From positions 150,722,001 to 150,786,000 of the forward strand of contig OZ024742.1 in the NCBI GenBank assembly GCA_964016885.1: a stretch of 64,000 bases of DNA, written 5' to 3'. The DNA is from Eledone cirrhosa. Lineage: Eukaryota. The notes under the pieces are model-generated. The model had not been told where the DNA came from. It searched no databases and saw nothing but the letters and a program-made list of their open reading frames with translations. Positions 27,005 to 40,700 of this stretch are shown here, one piece after another. Every line of letters begins with the position of its first letter. Within the stretch, counting starts at the first letter, position 1. A program made the position numbers and the translations under genes.

Positions 27005-27384
27005 AATATATATATATATATATAGAATTCACAAGAATCAAAGCTATGTTCAAAGCATTTATTCACTTACAATTGTTTCATCCAAACCTAGGTATGAAGT
27101 CTTCGGAGCATTTTTCAATGTTTGTACACATGATTGACCTCCTTTCCAACGCAAGAGACATACAGATACATATGTATATATTGATGTACAGTGGAGTGAC
27201 ATATATTATATTATATTTCTGTATAGCAATTCAAATTCAAAATCAAAATCACATTCAAACAAAATCAAAACAAAATTAAAATACATTCGGCAGTTAACAT
27301 AGATAATGCAAGAGGATAGTTTGTTAGTCAGATGTAGTAGTTATTTTAGTTAGAACCCTCAGATAAATGGAAAAAGATGAGTAT

Positions 27385-27455
27385 TGACGTACATGGGAGT
27401 CGAACCCACATCTTTGGTTATCCAGACCACTGTGCTACCATTACACCAACACATC
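27385..27455 (-). tRNA. tRNA-like gene or pseudogene, 71 nt, anticodon GGA, Gln-like D arm
   Basis: GATGTGT-TG-GTGTAATGGTAGCAC-A-GTGGT-CTGGATA-ACCAA-AGAT-GTGGG-TTCGACT-CCCAT-GTACGTC-A folds as a cloverleaf with intact A and B boxes and TTTTT 9 nt downstream. Confidence 0.55.
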
Positions 27456-27591
27456 ACCCATCGCCTTCCATTCAAATTAGAAGCTACATTCTTAGCGAGT
27501 ATAAATGACAAGTAAGTATGTTTTGAAACAGTGAGCAGGTTTGAAATTAGAAAATAGAATAGCTTTCACCGTATTTTTGACTAAAGAAATA

Positions 27592-27808
27592 AGAAGTGGT
27601 TACACAACAGTTAGTTCACCATACCGAGAATAATTGTTTTATCTTAGCGGATCCTCAGCTCGTAATGGACCATTACAAGGTGAGGATCCGCTAAGGTGAA
27701 ACAATTGTTCGCGGTTTGGTGAACTGACAGTTGTGTAACCACTTCTACCTAACTCGTCCCATGGACTGAGTGCTCTACCACTACGGATATTACCTTCCAG
27801 TGTTCTAC

Positions 27809-27811
<3 letters not shown>
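27592..27811. mobile_element. Fold-back copy of the same PLE pLTR (77-bp arms) abutting (TA)n
   Basis: 27592-27668 versus 27670-27746 inverted. The long arm is homologous to 26105-26250. Decayed hammerhead in both arms. Confidence 0.85.
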
Positions 27812-27852
<41 letters not shown>

Positions 27853-27990
27853 CGAAGGAAATGTGGTAAGGAACCAGGTGGACCATAACGCACCAAAGTA
27901 CTCAATACTTGAGGTAGTAGAGTGGGTAATAGGAACCAGTAAGACCCCGACAGCTGAGCTCAAGCCGTTTCGACGGCTAATTCTCTATTC

Positions 27991-28068
<78 letters not shown>

Positions 28069-28072
<4 letters not shown>

Positions 28073-28472
28073 GAATAGAGGTGTAACACACGAGTTGTGA
28101 TATATTGGTAAAAGGAAAAGAAAATGCTGACAAATTGTTCCCAGTGAAAAATAGTTTAATTAGGAATAAGTAAAAAATAGTAATAAGTATTGGTTAGTAT
28201 TCAGTTTTGGTTTTAAGTTTTTACCGGTTGCGCATTTCTAATGCTTTTCAAAAATAATTTTGAGATAGAGCCCGTGATGTTTGCTCTAATTTAGAGCAAA
28301 CATCACGGGCGCTCTATCTCAAAATTATTTTTGAAAAGCATTAGAAATGCGCAACCGGTAAAAACTTAAAACCAAAACTGAATACTAATCAATACTTATT
28401 ACTAATTTTTACTTATTCCTAATTAAACTATTTTCACTGGGAACAATTTGTCAGCATTTTCTTTTTCTTTTA

Positions 28473-28481
<9 letters not shown>
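28069..28481. mobile_element. (TA)n-embedded fold-back element, about 190-bp arms, hammerhead variant in each arm
   Basis: 28100-28289 versus 28291-28481 inverted with a few mismatches. TTGAAAA-GCATT(aga)AATGC-GCAAC-CG-GTA at 28331-28360. Confidence 0.9.
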
Positions 28482-28511
<30 letters not shown>

Positions 28512-28908
28512 TGTTATCTGAAGTATGAATTATTATCACGAAAGAATGAGCCCTCGATATGTAAACAGATGTACTTTATATTACTTAAAATACAAGGTAT
28601 CTAAGCATATGGTTTAGTCGATAAACAGATTTTCATAATGGTATCCCATTCCTGATAGCAGATTGATCTTGCGTTCATTATCCGAAATTATTCTGCTACG
28701 ATTAATCAGATACAATTAAGAAACTCTGAGTACCAATCGAAACATATGCTTAGTTTCCGTATTATATGTTTTTGTACACTGTATAAGTTACAGTGAAACT
28801 GTTTAAGTGTCACAAGCAGTGCGGCGTAAATTTTGACTCCAGTGAATAAAGTGAAAATAGTTTTTGTATGCTTTGAATGAATAAAATTATTTTTCCACGA
28901 TTTAATTG

Positions 28909-29065
<157 letters not shown>

Positions 29066-29222
29066 TATAATGAGTGGTGTGCTCACGCACGGAGATACTG
29101 CAAAACAGCTTATAATATATATATATAAAAGAAATAAGATTTCGCTTCAAGCATAGCTTTATACAATATGTATAGAAATTTCGTACCGGCTTCCTAAAAC
29201 CTTATTTCTTTAGAAATACGAA

Positions 29223-29351
<129 letters not shown>

Positions 29352-29449
29352 AGTAACTGGGCTTCTGCGAGTTACCTAACTGTGTGTCTATTAATCATCA
29401 CTACCATCACCATCATCATCATCATCTTTCTTTTTTTTCTATTCAACAG

Positions 29450-29575
29450 GAACCAAGTCAGTTCAGTTCAGTCGGTGTGATACTGGGTGCAGTGTTCACC
29501 ACCATAGCCGTGATAATCGTCTTTTTGGTCATCATACACCTTTGTGGGAAGAAACGAAACACGAAAGATATGCGG
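29450..29575 (+). CDS. TNFR-superfamily protein, exon C (transmembrane helix)
   Basis: Acceptor ttttttttctattcaacag| in phase 0. EPSQFSS-VGVILGAVFTTIAVIIVFLVIIHLC-GKKRNTKDMR is a TM helix with basic stop-transfer. Donor CGG|gttagt in phase 0 (alternative in-frame donor at 29702). Confidence 0.88.
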
Positions 29576-29770
29576 GTTAGTACAGGATGTTTGATGCGCT
29601 TGCTCTCCGCCTTGTCGAATCAGGGCGGCCGCTTCTATCATCGCAGTAGTAATCGGCGATCACCGCCTGTCGCTGCCAATAACGATAGTGCTATTGGAAG
29701 TGTTAGTTATATGCCAACACCTAATTCCAATATAGTAACTTGTCATGATGACTTGTAATCAGAAATTTCC

Positions 29771-29845
<75 letters not shown>

Positions 29846-29908
29846 ATTTTTTTTTGTTCATTTTAAATGTTAAAATTAATAGAAATACTGGCGCTTATAT
29901 ATATATAT

Positions 29909-29988
29909 TAGGTCATTAGGTATGAAATATTCGATTTTCTTCAGCACTTTCAATATGAAATCGAACATTTCATATTTAATGACCTGAT
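29909..29988. mobile_element. About 80-bp mariner-type MITE (TIRs only)
   Basis: AGGTCATTAGGTATGAAATATTCGATTT .. AAATCGAACATTTCATATTTAATGACCT form inverted termini in a TA context. Confidence 0.65.
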
Positions 29989-31595
29989 ATATACATATAA
30001 TTCTTTTTTCTATTTATGTTGTCTATATTTAGTTAAACAAGTGTGTGAATTGGCAGAATTGCTAGAGTCTCGGATAAAATGCCATTACAATATTTGTTCT
30101 GTCCCTTTACGTTCCGAGTTCAAATCCCGCCAAGGTCAACTTTGCCTTTATGCTTACGGGGATCGATAGAATGAAGTACCAGTCAAGTACTGGGGTTGAT
30201 TTAATCAACTTTACCCTTCCCCAAAAGTTTTGTTAGCCTTGTACCTAGATTTAGAATCTAGATTTAGTTAACCACATTTAATTTGACACACGCGCGCTCG
30301 CGGATACACGCGCGCACACGCACACATTGGCACACAGAGACGCATACTCATGCACATATTCCATTCATTCATGTAAATGACTTGGCTGAAGATCCTGATA
30401 TTTTTCAGCTATTTCTTTTCGATTTTGATATGAAAAATCAGATCAGTTCTTAAGCGCCTTATTAATAATACTCATGGAAAAGGCATGAATCCTCATCCAC
30501 CATAATCCTTATAGATCTGAATATACATCATTAATGCCAATTAAATTGATCAATCATTGATTATACATCTCCCACAAGTGAGATCTATAATCGCATGCCA
30601 ATGACTTATGCTTTTCCTAATCATACGCATTTATCAATTTGTATAGCTCCAATCGAGCTGACGTATAAATACAGGTGCTCCATCCAGCTCGTCTTTTCCA
30701 CAGCACTTCATTCTCAGGACCATATTATTAAATTCATTGTTTCTATTTTTGTGTATATATGAGAATTGGATCTGATTTTAGTGATATTAGGCTTCCAGCA
30801 TAGAATTACAGCCCTTTATGATCTGAGTTCAAATCCCACCGAGGTTAACTTTGCCTTTCATCCTTACGGGGTCGATAAAATAAAGCACCAGGGTCGATTT
30901 AATCGACTTTGCCCCCTCCCCCAAAGTTGCTGGCGTTGTGCCTATATAAGAGACCATTTTTTTAGCAAGTCAATCATCCATGTAGAGATTTCCTTGCTGG
31001 GTCGGATGTCAACTGGCGAACAACAATACTGTTTTTCTACATGTTGAATTCATAGAGAACAGCACTGAAAACGAACAAAATATTCAGTGATTCCGTACAA
31101 GTCATGATTAAAGACCCCTACATATCAATCTTTTTCCCAGCTATCCCTTTATCTTGATCAAAGAGATACCTTACAAGTTATATGCATATTTACATACATA
31201 CATACAAACATACATACAAACATACTTATGTACATACATACGTAAGTATGTACATCTATACATACATGCATACATACACATAACATACATACATATACAT
31301 ACATACATGCGTATGTACATACAGGCATACATATTTACATACATACGTATGTAAATACGTACAAGCCTCCATGCATATATATATATACATACATCTATAC
31401 ATACAAACTATATACAAAAATATATATATACGAACGTATATATATACATACATATACTCTTACATACATTTATACATACATATACTCTTACATACATATA
31501 TATATATATACATATACTCTTACATACATACATACATTCATACATACATACACACATACATACATACATACATACATACATACATACATACATAC

Positions 31596-31626
<31 letters not shown>

Positions 31627-33535
31627 CATACATACATACATACATACATGCATACGTGAAATTATAAAACCAGAACATACATACATACATACATGGTGGC
31701 TGCCAACTCGTTTTCGAGTACGGCCATTACTTTATATCCATGTAGGAGAACCCCTACCGATGCGCTGAACGAATGTGACTTTTTAGTCCAGCCAGCGACT
31801 TGAAAACTCTGGTACAAACACTACACTTGTGACAATTATTGACACATAGTGCTGGGCCAATGGTACCATGTGACGGCAAGTGCAGAGAGATCTCCAGATA
31901 TAAAGCAATGCCTGTGCCGTGAAGCTTTTATAGTGAGCAAAGGCACTGCACAAAGCCAGTCCCACTCGCTTAACCAAGATGATATTTACCAAAAAGAAGA
32001 ACAAGTCAACATCATTTGATACCATCAGAGTTGCAGGTGTTATATCAGAGTTTTCCTTCTCCTAGAATTCTGCCTTGACAAAGGCTAAGGGGTCATCTCT
32101 GCCGGTGATTTTGGATGGCCATTGACTCTTAAGAGCTCCTTTGCCCTTTGACAGGTTTTGTTTTTAGTCCTGCAGGATGTCCAAAGTCACCCTCCTCACC
32201 AAGAAACCTTGGTGGGGTTGCCAGTTTAGTCGCCAACGACCCGACCATGAGACAGGTTGTACTGGGATGTATGTACATACATAGATACATACATACTTAC
32301 ATAGTAATAGATAATTATAAGTAGAGAGAAAGAAGAAGGGACATATATAGCTGACGACAGAAAGGAAAGGGGGGATACATTTCTAACCGAGACAGACGGA
32401 GAGAAGAGCAAACACTACTTGAAAGAAGAGCAGAAGAATGGATAGAGAAATTTATAGCGAAATTTTAAACGTTATTCTGATTGGTTCATCTGTTTTACGT
32501 TTGTGATGTGGTGAATCTATTTACTTATGTTTCCTAGTGATAATAATTCAACTGTAGAAACATATTCAATCCATTTCGTAGTCATGAAAACAATAAAAAT
32601 AGTAATATTTCAATTACAACTACGTATTTTGATCTTAACTAGATCTTATCAGAATGATATAGAATTTGATAACATTTTTTTTTATTCATGACAACCAGAT
32701 AAGTAAAAAAAATCAGGAGTGGGTGGAGAGTATTATACAGAAAAGATAGATACATGGCAATTGAATATGAATTTGTAGGAACGTATTTATACAAAAAACT
32801 CTAACAGAATAGAAAGGTATGACAAAACAAAGAATAAAAAGAGAGAAATAGTGCGCGCGCGCGAGCGCGTGTGTGTGTGTGTGTGAGCCTGTGTGTGTGT
32901 GTGTGTGAGCGTGTGTGTGTGTGTGTGTGTGTGTGATAGAAAAATAGTTGTATATAGGAGTAGATGCTTTTCTACGTTATTAATGTTCTTCAGAAACAGT
33001 CGAAAGTTAAAACTTAGGATTATAATTTTTGAAAATGGCCGAATGGTTAAGAATTTCGTTTGGCAATCATTAAATACTGGGTTCGATTCTACTGCGTGGG
33101 AACCTGAGCAGGTGACATTAACTGTCGTCTCAGATCAACCTATAGTGAGACTGAAATTGGTTAGACGGAAACCATTTGAAGCCTGTCGGATCAACTGCAC
33201 CTGTAATTCAAAGGAACAGCTTTCTCATACACAGTGTCATGCAGAATTACCCAGAGAATTATGTTAATGATATGCTTGTTTCTGGAATGCTCAGTCACTT
33301 GTTCGTTAATTTAATTAGCAGACTATTCCGTTGATCTAACAACTGAAACAACTCATCGTCCAAATTGACGGTAGTCTACCCCAATATCAACAATGATTGA
33401 TCAAATATCGACTTACAAACAGTTTTGGTTCATGGATACAAAAGTCAACAATGCATAGTTTATTATATACAAACTTGTTTCTATTCCACCTTCTGTCTTT
33501 CTCACTCCTTTGTATCTCCGCCATTGTATCTCTTC

Positions 33536-33571
<36 letters not shown>

Positions 33572-33704
33572 ATATGTATATATATTTATATATATATGTG
33601 TGTGTGTATGTATATATGTATATATATATATATGTGTGCATGTATGTATATATATATATATGTATGTATGTATATATATATATATGTATGTATATATATA
33701 TATG

Positions 33705-33775
<71 letters not shown>

Positions 33776-33822
33776 ATATATATATGTATGTATATATATA
33801 TATATATGTATGTATATATATG

Positions 33823-33879
<57 letters not shown>

Positions 33880-33920
33880 CTGTGTGTGTATGTATGTATG
33901 TATATATATATGTATGTATG

Positions 33921-33994
<74 letters not shown>

Positions 33995-34068
33995 TATGTG
34001 TGTTGTGTGTGTGTGTGTATGTATGTATGTATATATGTATGTATATATATACACACATATATATGTAT

Positions 34069-34122
<54 letters not shown>

Positions 34123-34695
34123 CCTGCATCCCTCTCTTTCTCCCCCCGCCCTTACTTCACGTATACTTGTTTTTGATATTATTCGTCTAGTTGTTCATCA
34201 TTATTTTAGATGTTGTTATTGTTATTGTTGTTAGTGTAATGTAATGGAAATGATATGTTATCCATCGTGTCAAAAACTTAATTCATCTAAATGTCTCCCT
34301 AGTCTCTCTCTCATTCCATCTCGCTAGCATCATTTACTAAATTACCATTAATTTGCCAATATAAAATTCACATAAAGAGCTCAAAACATAACTGATAATT
34401 GGATTTTTCAACCAAAAGAAAATATCTCATAACAACAGATTTTATATAAAAAATAGAGAACATTTATTTTGAACTATATTTTATATATAAATACGTTTTA
34501 AAATATAAACGTGGTACAATACCAAATTAATAAAATAAAAAAATTATATATATATAGTCTGCAATTTATGGTCGAAACGGCTAGAGCTCAACCATCGGGG
34601 CCCGACTCAGTAATATATTTACACTCTACTATGCCAAGTATTGTGTTCTCTGCTGAATAATGATCTAACTATTTTAAAACTGGTATAAGCCTATA

Positions 34696-34752
<57 letters not shown>

Positions 34753-34757
<5 letters not shown>

Positions 34758-34940
34758 AACGAGTAGGACCCCGACGGCTGAGCTCAAGACGTTTCGACGG
34801 CTAATTCTGGACTAATTCAGTCTCCAGAATTAGCCGTCGAAACGGCTTGAGCTCAGCCGTCGGGGTCCTACTCGTTCCTATTACCCACTCTATTACCCTA
34901 AGTATTGAGTACTTTGGTGCGTTATGGTCCATCTGGTTCC
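34753..34940. mobile_element. (TA)n-embedded fold-back PLE-type element (family also at 27851-27990, 37491-37683, 34565-34640)
   Basis: Arms 34753-34811 and 34823-34881. Carries the 3' half of a hammerhead: GAAAC-GGCTTGAGCTCAGCC-GTC. Confidence 0.85.
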
Positions 34941-35049
34941 TTACCACATTTCCTTCGTTATATATATATATATATATACACTAAAATAAAAAAAATAAAA
35001 AAAGAAGGCTGGATTCCAATATATTCTTTTATATATATATATATATATG

Positions 35050-35790
35050 ATGATGATGATGATCATCATCATCATCATCACCGTTTAACGTCCAACTTTC
35101 CACGTTACCATGGTTCAGATGAGTTGTCCCGTTGTGAAATGACCACGTCTTGCTCATACAGAACTGATTCTTGTTTGGTTTCTACGGCTGGATGCTCTTC
35201 CTAACGAAAACCACATTTACAGTGTATACTGGGTGCTTTTTGTGGTGACACCTATACTGCTAATTTGGTCACCCAGGTACCAGAAGCTGTGTACTGATTC
35301 TACAGAACCTTCCAAGAATTTATTTCCTGTGGGCGTTTGCTGCTTACTGCTCCTGTGCAACGGCCACATGTAAAACCTACGTTCTCTGCTTACCTACCTG
35401 AGATCCCATTACATCTCTTGTGTACCCATAATTTGCATTTGGGACAGAGGATTGAATTTCTACCTATGTCTTTCCTACACATTGATCTAGGCCATTTCTC
35501 CGATGAGATCAGGGCTCTGTTTTCTGTTCTACTTAATAAGACCTTAGACTTTGCCAGGTTGACTTTAAGACCCTTTGATTCTAGGCCATGCTTCCAAATT
35601 TGGAATTTTCTGTAATTCTGCCTTAGATATCCCATGGGTAGCCAGTCTTAAACTCTTCAGTTATAGCCTGCAGAACGATAATAAACAGGAGAGGGCTAAG
35701 AACAAAGCTCCGGTGGACTATAGTCATTGTGAAGAATGTATGCACAAATACCAAAATGAAAGGATTAAGACATTGTATTCTTCCAACGCA
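35050..35790 (-). mobile_element. RTE-like LINE RT fragment with Cys/His finger, followed by a SINE/LINE 3' end with (GAT)n tail
   Basis: VLSPLLFIIVLQAITEEFKTGYPW..WKHGLESKGLKVNLAKSKVL..SILCPKCKLWVHKRC. Tail GGACGTTAAACGGTGATGATG, also seen at 62690-62877 (+). Confidence 0.8.
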
Positions 35791-36479
35791 TGTTTCTACA
35801 AAACTCAGCAGAAAATACATTAACGAAAAAAACAAAAATTATGAAAAAAAACTGTTTAAATTCTATTATTTGTATACAGATGTATCTATATATGACAATA
35901 TGAGCAATGACTTGAGGAATTGTGTATATATATATATATATATATATAAGATACATACATATATCATAAAATGTTAGAGCCATAAAGACAAACGTTAGGT
36001 CAGAAAAATATTATTTTTTAAAACCTGCTTCGACAATCATCAGCATCTAATTTTCCATTTTTATATTAATTTGCTTGCCATTGATTTTTCTCTCACTTTT
36101 CCCCTTCTTTATTAAAACATTTCTCTTTTTATTGTAATCATTTCGCCTCTTGTGTGTGTGTTTTATTTTTATCTCATATGTCATGGTGATGTCTTGTGTA
36201 ATGTAATGTGCATCATTGTCGAAATAAAATGCATCCAAATTACTGCCAAAATGTGTCTTTGTTCCAACTAACATCCATTGTCTCAAAACCTTTGTTCTTC
36301 CATATGTTTGCATGTTATGTCATTCTTGCTTGCAGCCCGTTCTTCTAAACCCCCTTTTCTGTTGGTCTATGGAAAGAAACAAATACCAGTATATACACAA
36401 ACTGCAGGCATTCATAACACTCATACTTAAATTGTATGTATGCATGTATGTTTGTATGTATGTATGTATGTCTTTTTAG

Positions 36480-36540
<61 letters not shown>

Positions 36541-36559
36541 ATTGGCCCCATGCAAAGAT

Positions 36560-36725
36560 TCAAGATTAAAAAAGATCAAGTTCAGGCATCGCTTGAAGTG
36601 ACATTTTTTGCGATGCATGGTATTGCTGGCCATAGGCAAGTCCCTGGAAGGACTAAAAACCCACGTCCGTTGGTACCTTAAGTATCAAGCGATGACATTA
36701 CTCGAAATCGAGTTGCAGCCATCAT
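36560..36725 (+). mobile_element. RTE LINE extreme 3' end
   Basis: KSLEGLKTHVR (C-terminal Zn-finger remnant), then CTCGAAATCGAGTTGCAGCCATC and (ATGT)n. Confidence 0.6.
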
Positions 36726-37440
36726 GTATGTATGAATGTGTGTGTATGTTTTATGTATGTATGTATTATGTATGTTTCTGTTTATGTATCTGTATAGGTA
36801 TTATGTACATATGTAGAGGCGGCGGCTTGGCAGAGTGGTTAGAACATCGGATAGAATTATTTGCGGGATTCGTTCCGACTCTCTTCTCTCTGAGTTCAAA
36901 TCCCACCAATGTCAACTTTTCCTTTTATCCTTTCAAGGTCGATAAAAAAAGTACCAGTCCAATATTGGGGTCGAATCTTCCTCCATATGTGAAACAAATC
37001 AGCTGTGTTCAGACCTGTCGTGGAATGGGCTCCGCCGGGCTTAAAATGGCCAACAAACGCTCTATGCCACTACGGTGCCCCTGCAAATTCAACATTTATG
37101 TATGTATACGTATATATGTATATATATACATACATACATACATATATGTATGTGTATATATATATACATATATATAGATGCGTGTGTGTATATATATATA
37201 TATATAATTATAAAATAACAGGAGGCTGGACTGGTGTAAATCCTTGAAAGGTTTATTAAACTATGATCATTTCAATGACCGGGTTCAGTATGAATCCGGT
37301 GATAATTAACTCCGTACTCGCACCACCAACTACACAAACGAAGACGGGTGAGTTGCATTACGTTGAGTACTCTCCATAATATTACATCGAGATTGACCAT
37401 ACGGAATGACCAGTTCTATCCAGTGGTGAACCAACTAACC

Positions 37441-37490
<50 letters not shown>

Positions 37491-37491
<1 letters not shown>

Positions 37492-37678
37492 CAAAAGAAT
37501 TGTGGTAAGGAACCAGATGGACCATAACGCACCAGAGTACTCAATACTTAGGGTAGTAGAGTGGGAAATAGGAAAAAGTATGACCCCGACGGCAGAGCCG
37601 TTTCGACGGCTATTTCTGGACTAGTCCAGAAATAGCCGTCGAAACAGCTTGAGCTCTGCCGTCGGGGTCATACTTTTT

Positions 37679-37683
<5 letters not shown>
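37491..37683. mobile_element. (TA)n-embedded loopless fold-back element, same family as 34753-34940
   Basis: Palindrome centred at GGACT|AGTCC (37622/37623), arms about 37568-37683, (TA)n on both sides. Confidence 0.85.
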
Positions 37684-37713
<30 letters not shown>

Positions 37714-40700
37714 AAAGCACGACTGTGCAAATGTTTAATGTTTTATTAAGGATTTTTCATATTTCCATATCAACTCTTGAGAACATTAGCGTTCCTAACT
37801 CCAGGTTGGCCACAGGCTATGAGCTGGAACAGGTGAACGTGTGGAAGGGTAAACATTCAACGTTGCGGTTTATTTTAGAAAGAAATTTGCAGTTTGAAAG
37901 AGAATGGAAAGAGAACAGAAGATAAAAATGATATGTACGCATGCCACCTGTGTATGTGTGTTTGAAAGATTATAAGAATTACTTTTATTTTTGTTATTCT
38001 TTAATGATCAAAAGTTTTAAAATGTGTAGTTCTGGTAACTTTCTACTAGTTTGATCATAAAAAATTCTAGAGTTTCTTGCTTAAAAGCAATTTTCAAATT
38101 GATTATTCTCTGGAGCTACCTTTTAATATAGACTCTGTGCATATCTTGAGTGTAGGAGTGGAATTTATACAAAAATATGCAAATCAAATCAAATTAATTG
38201 AGTATAAAAATATATATGTATTCATCAGGTTTTGATGGTTTATAAAAACGTTTGGAGTTTGGTAAAAGATAGGAGTGTGAGATAACCAAATTAAATTAAT
38301 TGAGTATAAAAAATGTTTACAAAATATTTGGCACTGTGAACAAAATGTTAAAAGAGTGAGGTCAGAAAAGAAAAAAAATGGTTTTAATACAATATTTTTT
38401 ATCATTAAAGACTAACGACCTTTGAAGACCCTTCTTTTCATTTTTCAAATCTGCTGCCCTTTTTGTAGCAATAATGAGAAAATTGCCTTTTGGACAAATA
38501 AATTGGAAGCCCCTTTAACAATGATTTCTAGTATAGGCACAATTTGGGAGGAGGGGAAAGTCGATTAAATCGACCCCAGTACGTTACTGGTGCTTTATTT
38601 TATCGACCCCGTAAGGATGAAAGGCAAAGTTAACCACGGCAGGATTTGAACTCAGACTGTAAAGGGCCGTAACTCTATGCTGCAAAGCATGGTGTCCAGC
38701 TCTCTACTGATACTGCCAATCCACCACCCTGGAAGCCCCTTTAACAATGCTTTCTTGCTTTCTTTATTAACAATGAAAACCATTGTGGTTGGCATCCCAC
38801 GGTATTCCATATTGAGCTATGAGTGACTCAATTCAGTACAATACGTAACCTGAGTTGAACACATTGATCAGCTTGGCTGTTTAATCGCATGTAGGCTCTG
38901 ACTGAGACTGTAGACAAATTATCAAAGATGTTCCAGCAATGACGATCCCAGTCTTTTCTTAGGCATTGTGTATCTAGTAGTACCTTATCTAACATGTCCC
39001 TCCTTTTTTGAAGATTTCGCTACTATTTTAGTAGATCAAACGATCACATATAGTCTCCGATCTTGGGCCAAGTACTCCGATCTTTGGCCAAGTACTCCTA
39101 ATTAAACAAACCTACAATTAAAGGAGCTGAAGGACGCCATGATTATCCAACATTTATGTAAATTTAGGATTACGTTATCCAACATTTTCTTCCTTATTTT
39201 ACCAGAGTAGCGTGCGATTTCAAGAGGTGGATGTTATTTCTAAGCACTTTTGTTAAACCCTAGGAAATGCTCCGTGGTGTTTCAATTAGCCAATTAGTTA
39301 CGCATCTACATCAAGACATTGACGTAAATTGTAGAGGACGGACACGGTTAAATAAATAATCTTCATTATATTACTGGTAATATAATAAATCAAATCAGTC
39401 ATAGTGGGATTTGAACTCAAGTTGATAAATGACATCTTGTAACCTTCTTGAAAAGAGCTATATCATTACCATAGAATGTTCATTGGAGAATAGAAAGACG
39501 GTTTCTATTGCCTTCCTCCGAGTATTTTCTTCTGAATATCATCTTGTCGGATAGACACCAACATGTTCATCACACTTGCTTGGGTACTCAGAATGGGAAA
39601 AGCCGAAACAAAAATTGCAAAGAACTTTATCTAACGCTCCGGCAATTCAGCCGACCCACCAACCACGCTGGACTTGTACTTTATTTTTATCAATCCAGAA
39701 AGGCTGACAGGCAAAGTAAATTTTGGTGCGATTTCAACTCTGGCTGTAAAAAATCAGAACAAATAGTACGAAATAGTGTGTTCGACGCTCTACTGGTTCT
39801 GTCTATTCGTCGCCTTATTACTGTTACATTAATAGAAATAACTATTTTCCATAGATTCAGTCACCTTTTATTGGAGAAGGAAAAGCGTCAATAAATATAT
39901 TCACGGTGATGTCCCTGGGGAGAAGTGAAACCATTTTATACATTAAAGAATGTATTGCAGAACATAGAGTTTGCAATATATTCTGACTTCATACCTTATA
40001 CCAATTTTTATATATGTTACTTGAATTTGAAGCATTACATAAACCAAATTTAAGTGACTTCTACACACCTTTTCCGCGATTGGTTTGAATTCAAGACCCA
40101 CATGACCTTTTACACCTATTACATCTTACATAATAATTGTTTCTTTTAACACGGTTTAAAACTCTATATTTTGAGAAAGGAGATCCTTGTAGCGTAGATA
40201 ACTTTCCCCATACATACACATACTCAGTATCAATTGTGTATATATACTGAAGCTGCTTCAGAATCCAACTGAGTCATAATGTGAATTGACCAATAACTCT
40301 TGATTTACTGACATAAATACAATTCTAATAATTGTTTCTATATTAGGTACAAGGCCAGCAATTTGAAGAAACGGGGAAAGTCAAATAAATCAACCGCAGT
40401 GCGTTACTGGTACTTTATTTTATCCATAAGGATGGAAGTTGAAGCTAACCTCGGCGGGATTTGAACTCAGAACGTGAAGGCTCGTAACTATATGCCTCAA
40501 AGCATGTTTTCCCACGATCTACCGTTGCTGCTAATACCCCGCCCTTACTATAATAATGGTTTCTGATTTAGGCACCTGGCGAACAATTCGAGTAAATCCA
40601 CCCCAGTGCAATACTGGTACTTTATTATATCGACCCCGTAAGGATGAAAAGCAAAACTAACCTCGGTGGGATTTGAAAACAGAACATAAGGGGATGCAAC

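Noticed and set aside
26483-27025. 180-aa + strand ORF
   Set aside because: Antisense shadow of the PLE GIY-YIG region.
33397-34234. Long ORFs of YI/CV/HT repeats (also 23086-23493, 25019-25486, 28706-29150, 52793-53029 and others)
   Set aside because: Translations of stop-free (TA)n, (TG)n and (TACA)n microsatellites; not genes.
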